A stretch of DNA of 34,723 bases from a virus (Duplodnaviria > Caudoviricetes). Below the pieces are notes generated by a model. The model saw only the letters and a list, made by a program, of their open reading frames with translations, ran no database searches and was not told where the DNA came from. A program made the translations under genes and the position numbers. Every line of letters starts with the position of its first letter. Position 1 is the stretch's first letter. The stretch covers positions 1 to 34,723 of the IMG/VR virus record IMGVR_UViG_3300020045_015184. One strand, written 5' to 3'. Of this stretch, positions 9,561 to 19,890 are shown piece after piece.

Positions 9561-9889
9561 ATGCCGCTGGCCACTATTGGGCCACAGGCGGCATAATAGA
9601 TAAAACAGCAGATGATTTTAAAGTGTTTGGCATTGAAAATGTAGAAATTGCCAAAGAAGAAAATTTTGTTGTTTATCCTGAAAATGAAAAAGCAGTTGAA
9701 CTATTTTTAAAATGTAGCACCCAATGGCGCTGTGCGCCAATGGGTGGCTTTACTGGCCTTGATTATAACGTCTTGTTTATTTTATTTGATTGGTATAAGA
9801 TAGAGCCTGATAATCGGCTTGATTTATTAACAGATATTCAGGTTATAGAGTCGGGCGCACTTAATGAATTAGCAAAGGCAGCTGGCTAA
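9557..9889 (+). CDS. -1 frameshift extension of the tail chaperone (gpT/DUF1799-like)
   Basis: Open -1 frame LDAAGHYWATGG...STQWR..GLDY..IQVIESGAL. Confidence 0.8.
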   Translation, partial: LDAAGHYWATGGIIDKTADDFKVFGIENVEIAKEENFVVYPENEKAVELFLKCSTQWRCAPMGGFTGLDYNVLFILFDWYKIEPDNRLDLLTDIQVIESGALNELAKAAG

Positions 9890-9891
9890 AC

Positions 9892-11916
9892 ATGGCAACT
9901 ATTTCCACTATTTATAAATTGGTTGCAAGCGTTAGTGGCACAAATAGCGTTAGAACACTAAAAAATGAAGTTGATAAAGTTTCAACAAGTGGCCAAAAGT
10001 TAGCACGAACATTTAACAGTGTTGGTTTGGCATTACGTAGTGGTGCATATCTTTATGCTGCCACAAAAATTGTAAATATTTCTGATAAATATACGATCCT
10101 TGAAGCTCGTGTTAAAGGCATTGGTAAAACGGCATCTGAAACAGCACGTTTAATGAAAGATCTACAAGATATTTCATTTCAAACTGGTACTAAAATGGAA
10201 GCCAGTGTTAGCATTTTACAACGTATTAGTTTTGTTAGGGATGAAATTAAAGCTACTAACACACAAATGTTAGGTTTTGTAGAAACTGTTAGTAAATTGG
10301 GTGTAATGTCTGGTGCTTCGCCAGATGCTATGCGATTTGGTTTGACGCAGTTAGGGCAATCTTTAAGTGCCCAAGTAATGCGAGCCGAAGAATTTAACAG
10401 TATCATGGAAAACATCCCTGCGGTGGGTAATGCTATTGCTAAAGAATTTGGTATTACTACTGGGCAGTTGCGCCTACTTGTTTTAGAGGGCCAAGTTTTA
10501 TCAAAAGATGTTTTTAAAGCTATTTTAAATCAAACACAAGAAGTCAATAAAGAATTTAAACAGATGCCACGTACCGTTGGTATGGCTTTATCTGGGGCAG
10601 CAACAAGTGCTGGTTTATTACTTAGTACGCTTACTGGCCAAACAGGTGCAACTGGTGGGATTGTAGCAATTATTGATAAAGTTAATGAGGGTTTAAGAGA
10701 AACAAAAAATATTTTTATAGATCTTACAAAGCTAGCTAACAAATTAAGTAGTGAATTTAACCGTCTTTATCCAGAAAGAAAAAAATCTAGTTTTGATCCA
10801 TTTTCTGCTGATTTAAAAGAACTCTATAATGCATTTACCCGCAAGCCAGATAAAATGACTGCTGCGCCATCAACTTTCATGCTCGGTGGCGCGCCTAAAA
10901 ATATGAGTACAGCCAATGCTACACCTGTACCACAGGGGGCATTTAAAACTAAAATTGAAACAGATTACGTGAAACTGGCAGCTGATCTAGCAGCTAAGGG
11001 CGCAAAAGTCAAAAAAACCCCAGAAGAAAAAGCTGCTGAAACTGCTGCCAAACAAGCAGCACGTAAGATAGCTGATACAAATGAAGATCTACAGAAAAAA
11101 ATATCTACACTTAATGCTGATACAGCTGCCATACGTTTAAATAATGACGCTAAAGAAAAATCAGTTACACTGGCTGAATTTGAAGCGCGTGGCATATCAA
11201 AAGCCAGCAATGAATATAAAAAGTTGTCAGAAGCTATTGATGAAAATAACCGCGCCCATAAATCATTTGAAGCTGGTGCTTTTGAAGCCATTAATAGCTA
11301 CATGGATGGTATTAATAATATGGCGGCCAGCACCAGCAATGTGCTTACAAGCGCCTTTAAAGGTATGGAAGATGCCCTTGTTGAATTTGTGGCTACTGGC
11401 AAGCTAAAGTTTGCTGATTTTGCAAATTCTATTGTGCGTGATCTTATTCGTATGCAAGTACAACAAAGCATTACAGGGCCACTAGTTTCATTGCTTGGTA
11501 GTTTTATGAGTAGTGGGTTTCAAGCAGCACAATTTAGCGTTAAATCTGCTATGGCAGCGCCAAACCTTTATGGCCCAGGCTTTGCTAACGGTGGTATCAT
11601 GACGGATCGTGGTGAGTTGCCACTTAACAAATATGCTAACGGTGGTATAGCTAACAGCCCACAAATGGCTATGTTTGGTGAGGGTAGAAACCCAGAAGCC
11701 TATGTGCCTTTGCCCGATGGCCGTTCTATACCTGTAACCATGAAAGGTAACGGTGGTGGCCAGCAAAACAATGTTAGCGTTGTTGTTAATATGAGTGGTG
11801 GCGATCAAATTACTGGTGATGGTGATAAGGCTAAAGCCTTGGGTAACAGCATTGCCTCACAAGTTAAATCAATTTTAATAAATGAAAAAAGACCAGGGGG
11901 ATTATTAGCAGCATGA
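9892..11916 (+). CDS. Tape measure protein
   Basis: QLGQSLS..RAEEFNSIMEN tape-measure motif; lambda-type C-terminus FVATGKLKFADFANSI and INEKRPGGLL. Confidence 0.92.
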   Translation: MATISTIYKLVASVSGTNSVRTLKNEVDKVSTSGQKLARTFNSVGLALRSGAYLYAATKIVNISDKYTILEARVKGIGKTASETARLMKDLQDISFQTGTKMEASVSILQRISFVRDEIKATNTQMLGFVETVSKLGVMSGASPDAMRFGLTQLGQSLSAQVMRAEEFNSIMENIPAVGNAIAKEFGITTGQLRLLVLEGQVLSKDVFKAILNQTQEVNKEFKQMPRTVGMALSGAATSAGLLLSTLTGQTGATGGIVAIIDKVNEGLRETKNIFIDLTKLANKLSSEFNRLYPERKKSSFDPFSADLKELYNAFTRKPDKMTAAPSTFMLGGAPKNMSTANATPVPQGAFKTKIETDYVKLAADLAAKGAKVKKTPEEKAAETAAKQAARKIADTNEDLQKKISTLNADTAAIRLNNDAKEKSVTLAEFEARGISKASNEYKKLSEAIDENNRAHKSFEAGAFEAINSYMDGINNMAASTSNVLTSAFKGMEDALVEFVATGKLKFADFANSIVRDLIRMQVQQSITGPLVSLLGSFMSSGFQAAQFSVKSAMAAPNLYGPGFANGGIMTDRGELPLNKYANGGIANSPQMAMFGEGRNPEAYVPLPDGRSIPVTMKGNGGGQQNNVSVVVNMSGGDQITGDGDKAKALGNSIASQVKSILINEKRPGGLLAA

Positions 11917-12254
11917 CCACGCCAGTTTTCACTTGGGCCCTAAGTTATTCCCCACAAGCACAACGTAAACCACGTAGGAAGAAAATATCTTTTGGTGATG
12001 GCTACAGCCAAAGATCACAAGATGGTATTAACAGTAAACCAGAAATTTGGAACGTATCATTTTTAAACCGTGATACAACCGAGGGCTATGCCATTGATGC
12101 GTTCTTAACTGCGCGCGGTGGTGTAGAAAAATTTGAATGGACAACACCAACAGGTGTAACAGCAAATTTTATTTGTGAAGAACATGACCTTGTGTTATCG
12201 GTTGGCAACAATGTTACAATAACAGGTGTATTTGAACAGGTATTTGAAGTATGA
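11913..12254 (+). CDS. Minor tail protein M (distal tail)
   Basis: FGDGYSQR..DGIN, FL.ARGG.E.FEWT, FEQVFE. Confidence 0.9.
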   Translation: MTTPVFTWALSYSPQAQRKPRRKKISFGDGYSQRSQDGINSKPEIWNVSFLNRDTTEGYAIDAFLTARGGVEKFEWTTPTGVTANFICEEHDLVLSVGNNVTITGVFEQVFEV

Positions 12255-13435
12255 CCATAAAAGCAGATATTCAAAGTTTAACCCCAAGCGCTGTTATAGA
12301 GCTATTTGAAGTTGATTTAACAGCCCAAGGCGATAGCATTTATTATTTTCATGCTGGCACCAATGAATTATCACAAGCAGTGGTATGGCAGGGCCAAGAA
12401 TATGCACCTTGGCCAGCACAGGCCAAAGGCTTTGATTATAATACTAGCGGCCAGTTACCGCGCCCACAGCTAACCTTAGCTAACAATTTTGGTGCCATTA
12501 CAGCTATTATTCTTGTAACCAATGATTGTGTCGGTGGTAAAGTTACCCGCCGCCGTACGCTTGCAAAATACCTTGACGCTGTAAATTTTGCGGCTGGCAA
12601 TGCTGGCGCTGATCCTGATGCTTATTTACCAGATGAAATTTATTATATTGACCGTAAAGCCAGTGAAGATTCGGTAGCGGTGGTATTTGAATTAACCGCG
12701 GCTTTTGATGTAAGTGGTGTAAAACTACCCCGCCGTCAGATTGTTCAGAACTTATGCCCTTGGCGGTATCGTGGTGAGGGTTGTGGCTATGCTGGGATGC
12801 CTGTGGCTGATAGCAATGATAATCGCTTAAGCGGTGGTGTAACAGCCCTTGAAGTGGCTTATTTTGACGCATGGGATGCATGGGATGCTAGTAAAATTGC
12901 CAGCGCTAATGCTCTTAATGTTGTTGAAATTAGAAAAAAGGCCTTAGATTTAGCTAAAGACTATGTTTTACTTAGTGAAAACTATAGCTACCCAACACCA
13001 CCAGTATATTACGTTAAAGTTATTAATATATCTGGTACAGATACTATAGAAGCATATTTTAATGGTGTTCAAGTAACATTAGGGGCTGAATATCGTTTAG
13101 GTAGATTTGTAGAAAATATTCAAGTGGGTGTTTTACAATCTTACCGTGGTTTATTTGCCGCTTTTTCAAAAATAGAGCATTGGGGCTATGATGCTGGTGT
13201 GCTGGCCGCGGCCCAAGCATCTTACGATACAGCGTTAAGTGAATATGATACAGCTATTGCTAATGAAGCTGCGGCATTAGCGGCCTATAATGCCGCGGGG
13301 GATGATTTACCATCAGATAGCCCTGTATTGCTTAGGGATGTATGCGGTAAACGCTTAGATAGCTGTAAATTAAGATTTGGTGAAAATAGTGAGTTGCCGT
13401 TTGGTGGTTTTCCTGGTGTAGGATTTAGAATATGA
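12251..13435 (+). CDS. Minor tail protein L with a large insertion
   Basis: VTRRRTLAKYLDAVNF, CPWRYRGEGC, CGKRLDSCKLRFG, FGGFPG; the four conserved Cys are present. Confidence 0.9.
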   Translation: MTIKADIQSLTPSAVIELFEVDLTAQGDSIYYFHAGTNELSQAVVWQGQEYAPWPAQAKGFDYNTSGQLPRPQLTLANNFGAITAIILVTNDCVGGKVTRRRTLAKYLDAVNFAAGNAGADPDAYLPDEIYYIDRKASEDSVAVVFELTAAFDVSGVKLPRRQIVQNLCPWRYRGEGCGYAGMPVADSNDNRLSGGVTALEVAYFDAWDAWDASKIASANALNVVEIRKKALDLAKDYVLLSENYSYPTPPVYYVKVINISGTDTIEAYFNGVQVTLGAEYRLGRFVENIQVGVLQSYRGLFAAFSKIEHWGYDAGVLAAAQASYDTALSEYDTAIANEAAALAAYNAAGDDLPSDSPVLLRDVCGKRLDSCKLRFGENSELPFGGFPGVGFRI

Positions 13436-14124
13436 TAGATTTTAGAGAACAAGCTTATAGACATGCCCTTGAGTGCTATCCAGCTGAATCATGTGGTTTA
13501 ATGGTAGAAGCCAATGGTAATGTGATGTATTGGCCATGCAAAAACCTTGCTGGTGAAACAGATATATTTATACTATGCCCAAAAGATTATTTAGCCGCTT
13601 CAAAAGCTGGTGAAATTAAAGCGGTGGTACATAGCCATCCAAATAGCTCGGTGGAGCCAAGTCAGGCTGATTTAGTATCGTGTGAAGCTACAGGCTTGCC
13701 GTGGTATATTATTGGTGTACCCAGCGGTGTATGGAATATGATAAGCCCTAAAGGCTATGTTGCTAACCTTGTAGGCCGCACATGGACGCATGGCGTTTTA
13801 GACTGTTATTCACTTATCCGCGATTATTATTGGCAAAAATTATCGGTGGTTTTACCTGATTTTAAACGCGTAGATAATTGGTGGCAAAATGGTGGTAATT
13901 TATATCTTGATAATTTTTCAGCTGTAGGTTTTACTGTAGAAGAAGAACCACAAGCAGGGGATGTTTTATTAATGCAAATTAAAGCCCCTGTACCAAACCA
14001 CGGTGCCATTTATTTAGGTGATGGTGTCATATTACACCATTTACATGGAAGATTATCTTGCCGTGAAGCATGGGATGGGTATTATAGAAAAAATACAACT
14101 CATATTTTGCGGTACAATAAATGA
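13432..14124 (+). CDS. Tail assembly protein K (JAB plus NlpC/P60)
   Basis: ESCG, HSHP...S..D JAB motif; DCYSLIRDYY and NHGAIYLG NlpC motifs. Confidence 0.92.
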   Translation: MIDFREQAYRHALECYPAESCGLMVEANGNVMYWPCKNLAGETDIFILCPKDYLAASKAGEIKAVVHSHPNSSVEPSQADLVSCEATGLPWYIIGVPSGVWNMISPKGYVANLVGRTWTHGVLDCYSLIRDYYWQKLSVVLPDFKRVDNWWQNGGNLYLDNFSAVGFTVEEEPQAGDVLLMQIKAPVPNHGAIYLGDGVILHHLHGRLSCREAWDGYYRKNTTHILRYNK

Positions 14125-14714
14125 AAAAAGTTGTTTTATTAGGTAAATTGGGAAAGAAGTTTGGCAAAACGCATATTCTTGACGTGCGTACGCCAGCCGA
14201 AGCTATTAGAGCCCTGTGTGCTAATTATTCAGAATTTCAAAGCCATATGGTTAATAGTGATATGGGTTATAAGGTTATGGTTGATAAAGAGCCGCTAATG
14301 GATATTGATCACGTCCATAACCCCTATTCACAAACTATTAATATTGTGCCTGTGGTTATGGGTGCCAAAAAAGGTGTGCTCGGTGTTGTTTTGGGCGTGG
14401 CTTTAATCGCAGCTAGTTTTTATTTGCCTGGTGCGGCCTTATTTGCGGTTGGTAGTTTTGCCCCAAGTTTAGCCAGTATATCTTTTAGCCTTGGTACAAG
14501 CCTTTTGCTCGGTGGTATTACATCATTGTTATCACCACAGCCAAAAGCACCAAAGCCATTTGAATCAGCTGAAAATAACCCAAGCTATAATTTTAATGGC
14601 CCAGTTAATACCACACGTGCTGGTCAAGGCATCCCATTAGGATATGGGCGCTTAATTGTGGGTAGCGCTGTTATTAGCGCGGGTGTAACAGCTGACGATT
14701 TTGTGGAGGCGTAA
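14121..14714 (+). CDS. Tail assembly protein I
   Basis: LGKKFG, EAIRALC, PVNTT.G..IPLGYGR..VGS.VIS. Confidence 0.9.
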   Translation: MKKVVLLGKLGKKFGKTHILDVRTPAEAIRALCANYSEFQSHMVNSDMGYKVMVDKEPLMDIDHVHNPYSQTINIVPVVMGAKKGVLGVVLGVALIAASFYLPGAALFAVGSFAPSLASISFSLGTSLLLGGITSLLSPQPKAPKPFESAENNPSYNFNGPVNTTRAGQGIPLGYGRLIVGSAVISAGVTADDFVEA

Positions 14715-17700
14715 TGGACATTATAGGTGCCAAAGGTGGTAAAGGTGGCGGTGGGGCAAGTAGAACCCCTATTGAATCGCCAGATACCTTACGTAGCCGA
14801 TCTTATGCCCAAATTGTGGATTTGATTTGTGAGGGTGAAATTGAGGGCTTAGTTACAGGTGATGGCAAAAGCATTTACCTTGATCAAACCCCACTGCTTA
14901 ACAGTGATGGCACCGCAAATTTTACTGGCATAACCTTAATAACTCGTAATGGTACACAAGGTCAAACCTACATGGAGGGTTTTAGTTCTGTTGAATCAGA
15001 AGCCTCGGTGGGCGTTAAAGTTACTTACTCGGCCCCTGTTATCAGAACAATTAACAGCCCAGTTTATGATAAGATACGTGTAACAATATCAATTCCAACC
15101 CTACAAGTTGTAGATACGGGCACTGGTGATACTAATGGTACAACCGTTCAATATAAAATTGAAATCCAAGCTAGCGGTGGTAGCTATATTGAGTATGTAA
15201 ACGATATTGTAACAGGTAAAACCACCACAAAATATCAGCGCAGCTACGTTATGCCACTGGTTGGATCAGCGCCATTTAATATACGTGTTACCCGCTTAAC
15301 ACCAGATAGCACGCGCAATACCTTGTCAAATGAAACATATTTTGAATCATATACCGAAATAACCGATACAAAGCTATCATACCCAAACAGCGCTCTTGTT
15401 GGCCTTAAAATTGATAGCCAACAATTTTCGCAAATACCTAATCGCGGTTATGATGTTAAAATGCTTAAAATTAAAATCCCCAGCAATGCTGCGGTGCGCG
15501 CTGATGGTAGTTTAACTTATAGCGGCACATGGGATGGCACTTTTCAGGTAGCGTGGTCTAGTAACCCTGCTTGGTGCTTTTATGATTTAATTACCAATAC
15601 CCGCTATGGGCTTGGCACCTTTATAAATGTGGCCCAAGTGGATAAATGGGCCCTTTACACCATTGGGCAATATTGTGATGTATTGGTTAATGACGGTTTC
15701 GGTGGTTTAGAACCACGTTTCACGTGTAACATTTACCTACAAACACAAGAAGAAGCCTATAAAGTGCTTCAAGATATGGCTTCTATCTTTAGGGGTATGG
15801 CTTTTTGGTCTGGTGGCCAAATAACAGCTATTCAAGACAGCCTAACCGATGCAACAGCCCTATTTAACTGTGCTAATGTTGTAGAGGGTAAATTCACTTA
15901 TAGTGGCTCTAGCCTTAAAACCCGCCATAGTGTGGCTACAGTACAATGGAATGATCCATCTGACTTTTATGCCTTAAACACAGAATATGTAGAAGATTTT
16001 AACGCCGTACAGCGCTATGGCATTGTAATGACCGATGTTATTGCTACAGGCTGTACAAGCCGTGGGCAAGCCCATAGGGTTGGTAAATGGCTATTATATA
16101 GCGAAAGCAATGAAACAGAAACTGTTACCTTTTCGTGTAGCATAGAGGGTACATTTGTGCGCCCTGGTGATATTATCAACGTGCAAGATGCCGCGCGCGC
16201 GGGTAAGCGCCTTGGTGGTCGTATTATGGCTGCTACTACCACTGTTATTACACTTGATAGCTCACCCGATGCTGGCACATACACATTTATGTGTTTATTA
16301 CCTGATGGTACGGTGGAAACAAGGGCTGTAAGCACTATTGTTGGCAATGTTGTAACACTAGCTACAGCACTATCAGATACCCCACTGGTAAATGCCGTGT
16401 GGATGTTAAATAGTGAAGCTTTAGCTTTGCAAACATTTAGGGTAATTACTATTGTTGATGCTGGTGATGGAATTTATGAAATATCTGCGGTGGCTCATAA
16501 CCCAGATAAATATGATTTTATTGAAAATGACATTAAACTTACACCTAGAAATATTAGTATTTTAGATGATAAACCAGCGGCCCCACAAAACTTAAATATT
16601 ACAGAATCGCTTTATGAAGTATCTGGTGGTGTAAAGGTACTTGTAACAGCAGCATGGGATTTAGTGCCCAATGCAGATACCTATAATGTTAAATGGTCAC
16701 GTGACAATGGCACCAACCCAACAATGGTAACTGTCAATAACCCAATTTTAGAAATCCGTGATGCCGAGGCGGGGCTGTATACGTTTGAAGTTATAGCAAT
16801 AACAAAATCTTTACGGCGCTCTAATAGCACTACTGGTAGTAAACAGATTTTAGGCAAAACAGCTGCGCCAGCTAATATAACTAATTTTTCAATTAATGTT
16901 ATTGAGGGCAATGCCCACTTATCATGGGATCAAGCTGTTGATTTAGATGTGCGTGTCGGTGGTTTAATTAAAATACGCTGGCAAAAAGAAACTACTGGGC
17001 AAGCATGGAGTAATGCTATTGACATTGGGGTAGCATTATCAGGATCAAGTACCAGTGCGGTATTACCACTTCTAAGCGGTACATACATGATTAAAGCCAT
17101 AGATAGTTCAGGCAATGAAAGCCTTACAGCTGCTATGATTGAAACAGATTACCCAAATATTTATAATCTTAATTATGTACTTGAACAAGTTGAAAGCCCT
17201 ACTTTCGGTGGTGTTTCCACAAATATGATTAAATATGGTAGTGTATTGGGATTAGATGGTGCTACACTATTTGATGACGGTGTTGGGTTGTTTGATGATG
17301 CGCTAGGTGATTTTGATTACGGTAATGAAACAGGTTTATCAACATATGGTATATATGAATTTGGGGGCTATATTGATCAAGGTGATATTTACCGTAGTCG
17401 TGTGAGTATAGATTTATCATTTACAAGTTTTAAAATTACAGATCTTTTTGATTCTAAAGCTGGACTTTTTGATGAGGCTTTAGAGCTATTTGATGGCTTA
17501 GATATAAGTGGTGTTAATGTTATACCCTACATATCAACAACAAATGATGATCCAAGTGGTTCCCCTGTATGGTCTGATTGGCGGCAATTTGTTGTTGGTG
17601 ATCATAATGCTAGAGCATTTAAATTTAAAATTGAAGTTATTTCACCAGATAATGCAACTCAAGTAGCTATTAGCACATTAAGAGTAGCTATAGATGTACC

Positions 17701-17932
17701 AGATAGATTTGAACAAGGGGAAGATGTTGTTGTACCTATTGGGGGTTTAACCATAACATTTAACAAACCATTTTTTGTTATACCAAATATTGGCATTACC
17801 TTACAGGACGTTGATCACCCGACAGATCATTATGTGATTAGTAATAGAACTGTTAATGGCTTTGATGTTGAAACTTTACATGGGGCCGCGAGTGAAGAAC
17901 ATACTATTGACTGGATAGCTAAAGGATATTAA
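14714..17932 (+). CDS. Central tail fibre / host-specificity protein J
   Basis: DLICEGEIEGL, WSSNPAWCFYDL, GCTSRGQAHRVGKW, FnIII-like segments. Confidence 0.93.
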   Translation: MDIIGAKGGKGGGGASRTPIESPDTLRSRSYAQIVDLICEGEIEGLVTGDGKSIYLDQTPLLNSDGTANFTGITLITRNGTQGQTYMEGFSSVESEASVGVKVTYSAPVIRTINSPVYDKIRVTISIPTLQVVDTGTGDTNGTTVQYKIEIQASGGSYIEYVNDIVTGKTTTKYQRSYVMPLVGSAPFNIRVTRLTPDSTRNTLSNETYFESYTEITDTKLSYPNSALVGLKIDSQQFSQIPNRGYDVKMLKIKIPSNAAVRADGSLTYSGTWDGTFQVAWSSNPAWCFYDLITNTRYGLGTFINVAQVDKWALYTIGQYCDVLVNDGFGGLEPRFTCNIYLQTQEEAYKVLQDMASIFRGMAFWSGGQITAIQDSLTDATALFNCANVVEGKFTYSGSSLKTRHSVATVQWNDPSDFYALNTEYVEDFNAVQRYGIVMTDVIATGCTSRGQAHRVGKWLLYSESNETETVTFSCSIEGTFVRPGDIINVQDAARAGKRLGGRIMAATTTVITLDSSPDAGTYTFMCLLPDGTVETRAVSTIVGNVVTLATALSDTPLVNAVWMLNSEALALQTFRVITIVDAGDGIYEISAVAHNPDKYDFIENDIKLTPRNISILDDKPAAPQNLNITESLYEVSGGVKVLVTAAWDLVPNADTYNVKWSRDNGTNPTMVTVNNPILEIRDAEAGLYTFEVIAITKSLRRSNSTTGSKQILGKTAAPANITNFSINVIEGNAHLSWDQAVDLDVRVGGLIKIRWQKETTGQAWSNAIDIGVALSGSSTSAVLPLLSGTYMIKAIDSSGNESLTAAMIETDYPNIYNLNYVLEQVESPTFGGVSTNMIKYGSVLGLDGATLFDDGVGLFDDALGDFDYGNETGLSTYGIYEFGGYIDQGDIYRSRVSIDLSFTSFKITDLFDSKAGLFDEALELFDGLDISGVNVIPYISTTNDDPSGSPVWSDWRQFVVGDHNARAFKFKIEVISPDNATQVAISTLRVAIDVPDRFEQGEDVVVPIGGLTITFNKPFFVIPNIGITLQDVDHPTDHYVISNRTVNGFDVETLHGAASEEHTIDWIAKGY

Positions 17933-17957
17933 TATTAAATAAAATAAGGGGTAAAAC

Positions 17958-19274
17958 ATGGCACAACATGATTTTGTGGTTGAAAATGGAACATTCCCAG
18001 CTGTAAGAGCTGATATAAATAGCGTATTACAAGCTATTTTAACTAATAATAGTGGGGCTACAGCACCAGCAACAACAGCTGCATATATGCGGTGGTATGA
18101 TACATCAACTAATATTTTAAAAGAACGCAATGCAGCTAATAATGCATGGATTAATATTGGTAGTTACGATCAAACTAGTGGTTTATTTATTCCTGCGTCT
18201 AATTCACTAACTAGCGCTAAAACAACTGCCTATACAGTTGTTATGGCCGATCGTAATAGCACAATTTTATGTGATGCTACAAGCGCTGCTTTTTCAATAA
18301 CATTACCAGCCGCTGCTACAGCGGGTAATGGTTTTATAATTACTGTTAAAAAAACTGATAGCAGCGCAAATGCGGTAACTATTGACGGCAACGGCAGCGA
18401 AACTATTGATGGTGCTTTAACACAAGTTTTGAGTGGGCAATATGATAACATCACGCTTATTAGCAATGGCACAGCGTGGTTTATGCTTGGTAAGACATAT
18501 GGTGTATTTACTTCAAGTGTGGATGGCCTAGTGCCTAAGCCAGTTACGGCTGCAAATAAATATTTGAAAGATACAGGCATCTGGGCGGCAGTTTCACCAG
18601 CAGATATTTTAAAATATTATGCTAGTTTTGGTTCAGACTTTATTGAGCCTTTTGCTCGTTCGCCGTTTTCAGCTATAACCCTTGGTGCAGGGGCTTCATC
18701 GTCACTTGATGTTTCTGATACTGGCTATTTGGCCGCATCAACAGGGACAACCACTACGGGGGTAGGAGGTGTTTGCACAGCTAACCCATCGTTAATTAAC
18801 TTTGCCGCCCAAAACGGCCTCGTTTCAAGGATATTGACTGCGTGTAATGTTCTAACTCTGCCTAATGGCACTGATAATTTTACATTTTTTAGTGGCATGA
18901 TAAGTGGTAGCACATCAAGCACAACTCCAACAAACACAGCAAGCTTTGGTGTATATTTAACAAATGGTAATACTAACTGGCAACTAAGAAAACGTGTTAG
19001 TGGTGTAGATACTCTGGTTGATAGTGGAGTTGCGGCTGCATCTGGATTAACTTTCTTTGAAATTAGAGTTACTAACAATACATCTGTAGGAAGTGTTGTT
19101 GTGGCCTTATATATCAATGGTGTATTTGCTTGCCAAACAACAGGCATCCAAGCAACAACTTATGATTTTTGGCCAACACAGGTTGTTAAAACCGCTGGCA
19201 CAACCGCTAGAGTGGTTTATTGCGATTTTGGATATTTTGTTCAACAATTAGTATCTATAAGGGGGCTAGCATGA
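17958..19274 (+). CDS. Tail fibre / receptor-binding protein
   Basis: MAQHDF.V.N...AVRADIN N-terminus; ITLPAA..GNG...KKTDSSANAVTIDG fibre motif; beta-rich C-terminus. Confidence 0.8.
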   Translation: MAQHDFVVENGTFPAVRADINSVLQAILTNNSGATAPATTAAYMRWYDTSTNILKERNAANNAWINIGSYDQTSGLFIPASNSLTSAKTTAYTVVMADRNSTILCDATSAAFSITLPAAATAGNGFIITVKKTDSSANAVTIDGNGSETIDGALTQVLSGQYDNITLISNGTAWFMLGKTYGVFTSSVDGLVPKPVTAANKYLKDTGIWAAVSPADILKYYASFGSDFIEPFARSPFSAITLGAGASSSLDVSDTGYLAASTGTTTTGVGGVCTANPSLINFAAQNGLVSRILTACNVLTLPNGTDNFTFFSGMISGSTSSTTPTNTASFGVYLTNGNTNWQLRKRVSGVDTLVDSGVAAASGLTFFEIRVTNNTSVGSVVVALYINGVFACQTTGIQATTYDFWPTQVVKTAGTTARVVYCDFGYFVQQLVSIRGLA

Positions 19275-19555
19275 ATATAAAAACACAATATTTAGATAAT
19301 GAGGGTAAAGTTATCTCAACTGAATATTACGCTAAAGGTGAATATGAAGCTGTATTAAAAGCCGAAGCTACATCTCAAAAAGAAGCTCGCAATGCAGCTA
19401 TTAAGGCACAGCGTAATGCAGCTATGGCAGATCCTGTTACTGGTAGTGATGGCATGTATTTGTACGCAGTATTTACAGGTAAGCCAGAAGATATGGATAA
19501 ATGGAGAGCCCATAGACAAAAAATAATTGATGCTTATCCAGATGAGGTTGAATAG
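19271..19555 (+). CDS. Small fibre-associated protein (possible assembly chaperone)
   Basis: ATGA-coupled to the fibre stop; QRNAA..DP...W...RQKI..YP pattern. Confidence 0.55.
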   Translation: MNIKTQYLDNEGKVISTEYYAKGEYEAVLKAEATSQKEARNAAIKAQRNAAMADPVTGSDGMYLYAVFTGKPEDMDKWRAHRQKIIDAYPDEVE

Positions 19556-19890
19556 TGGGCCAGTATAACCCAACAGGGCAGCAGGGAGCTACATTTACAC
19601 GCTTAATAACGTGGACTGATAATGCTGGCGATGCGGTTAATATAACAGGCTACACCGCGCGTATGATGTTAAAGCGCGATTATAGTGATCCAGTTTCAGT
19701 ATTAAGCCTGACAAGTTCTGCTGGCCTTACGCTCGGTGGTGCGGCTGGTACAATTTTAATTACCATGACAGCGGCCCAAACAGCAGATCTTAATGGTGCA
19801 TATCTTTATGATCTTGAATTGGTAAATGGCTCGGTGGTTACACGTTTGCTTGAGGGCACAATCACTTTTACCCCAGAGGTAACAAAATGA
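19555..19890 (+). CDS. Virion adaptor / BppU-like protein
   Basis: QGATF...W, ITGYTARM, YLYDLEL, RLLEG..PEVT; GTG start. Confidence 0.65.
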   Translation: MGQYNPTGQQGATFTRLITWTDNAGDAVNITGYTARMMLKRDYSDPVSVLSLTSSAGLTLGGAAGTILITMTAAQTADLNGAYLYDLELVNGSVVTRLLEGTITFTPEVTK

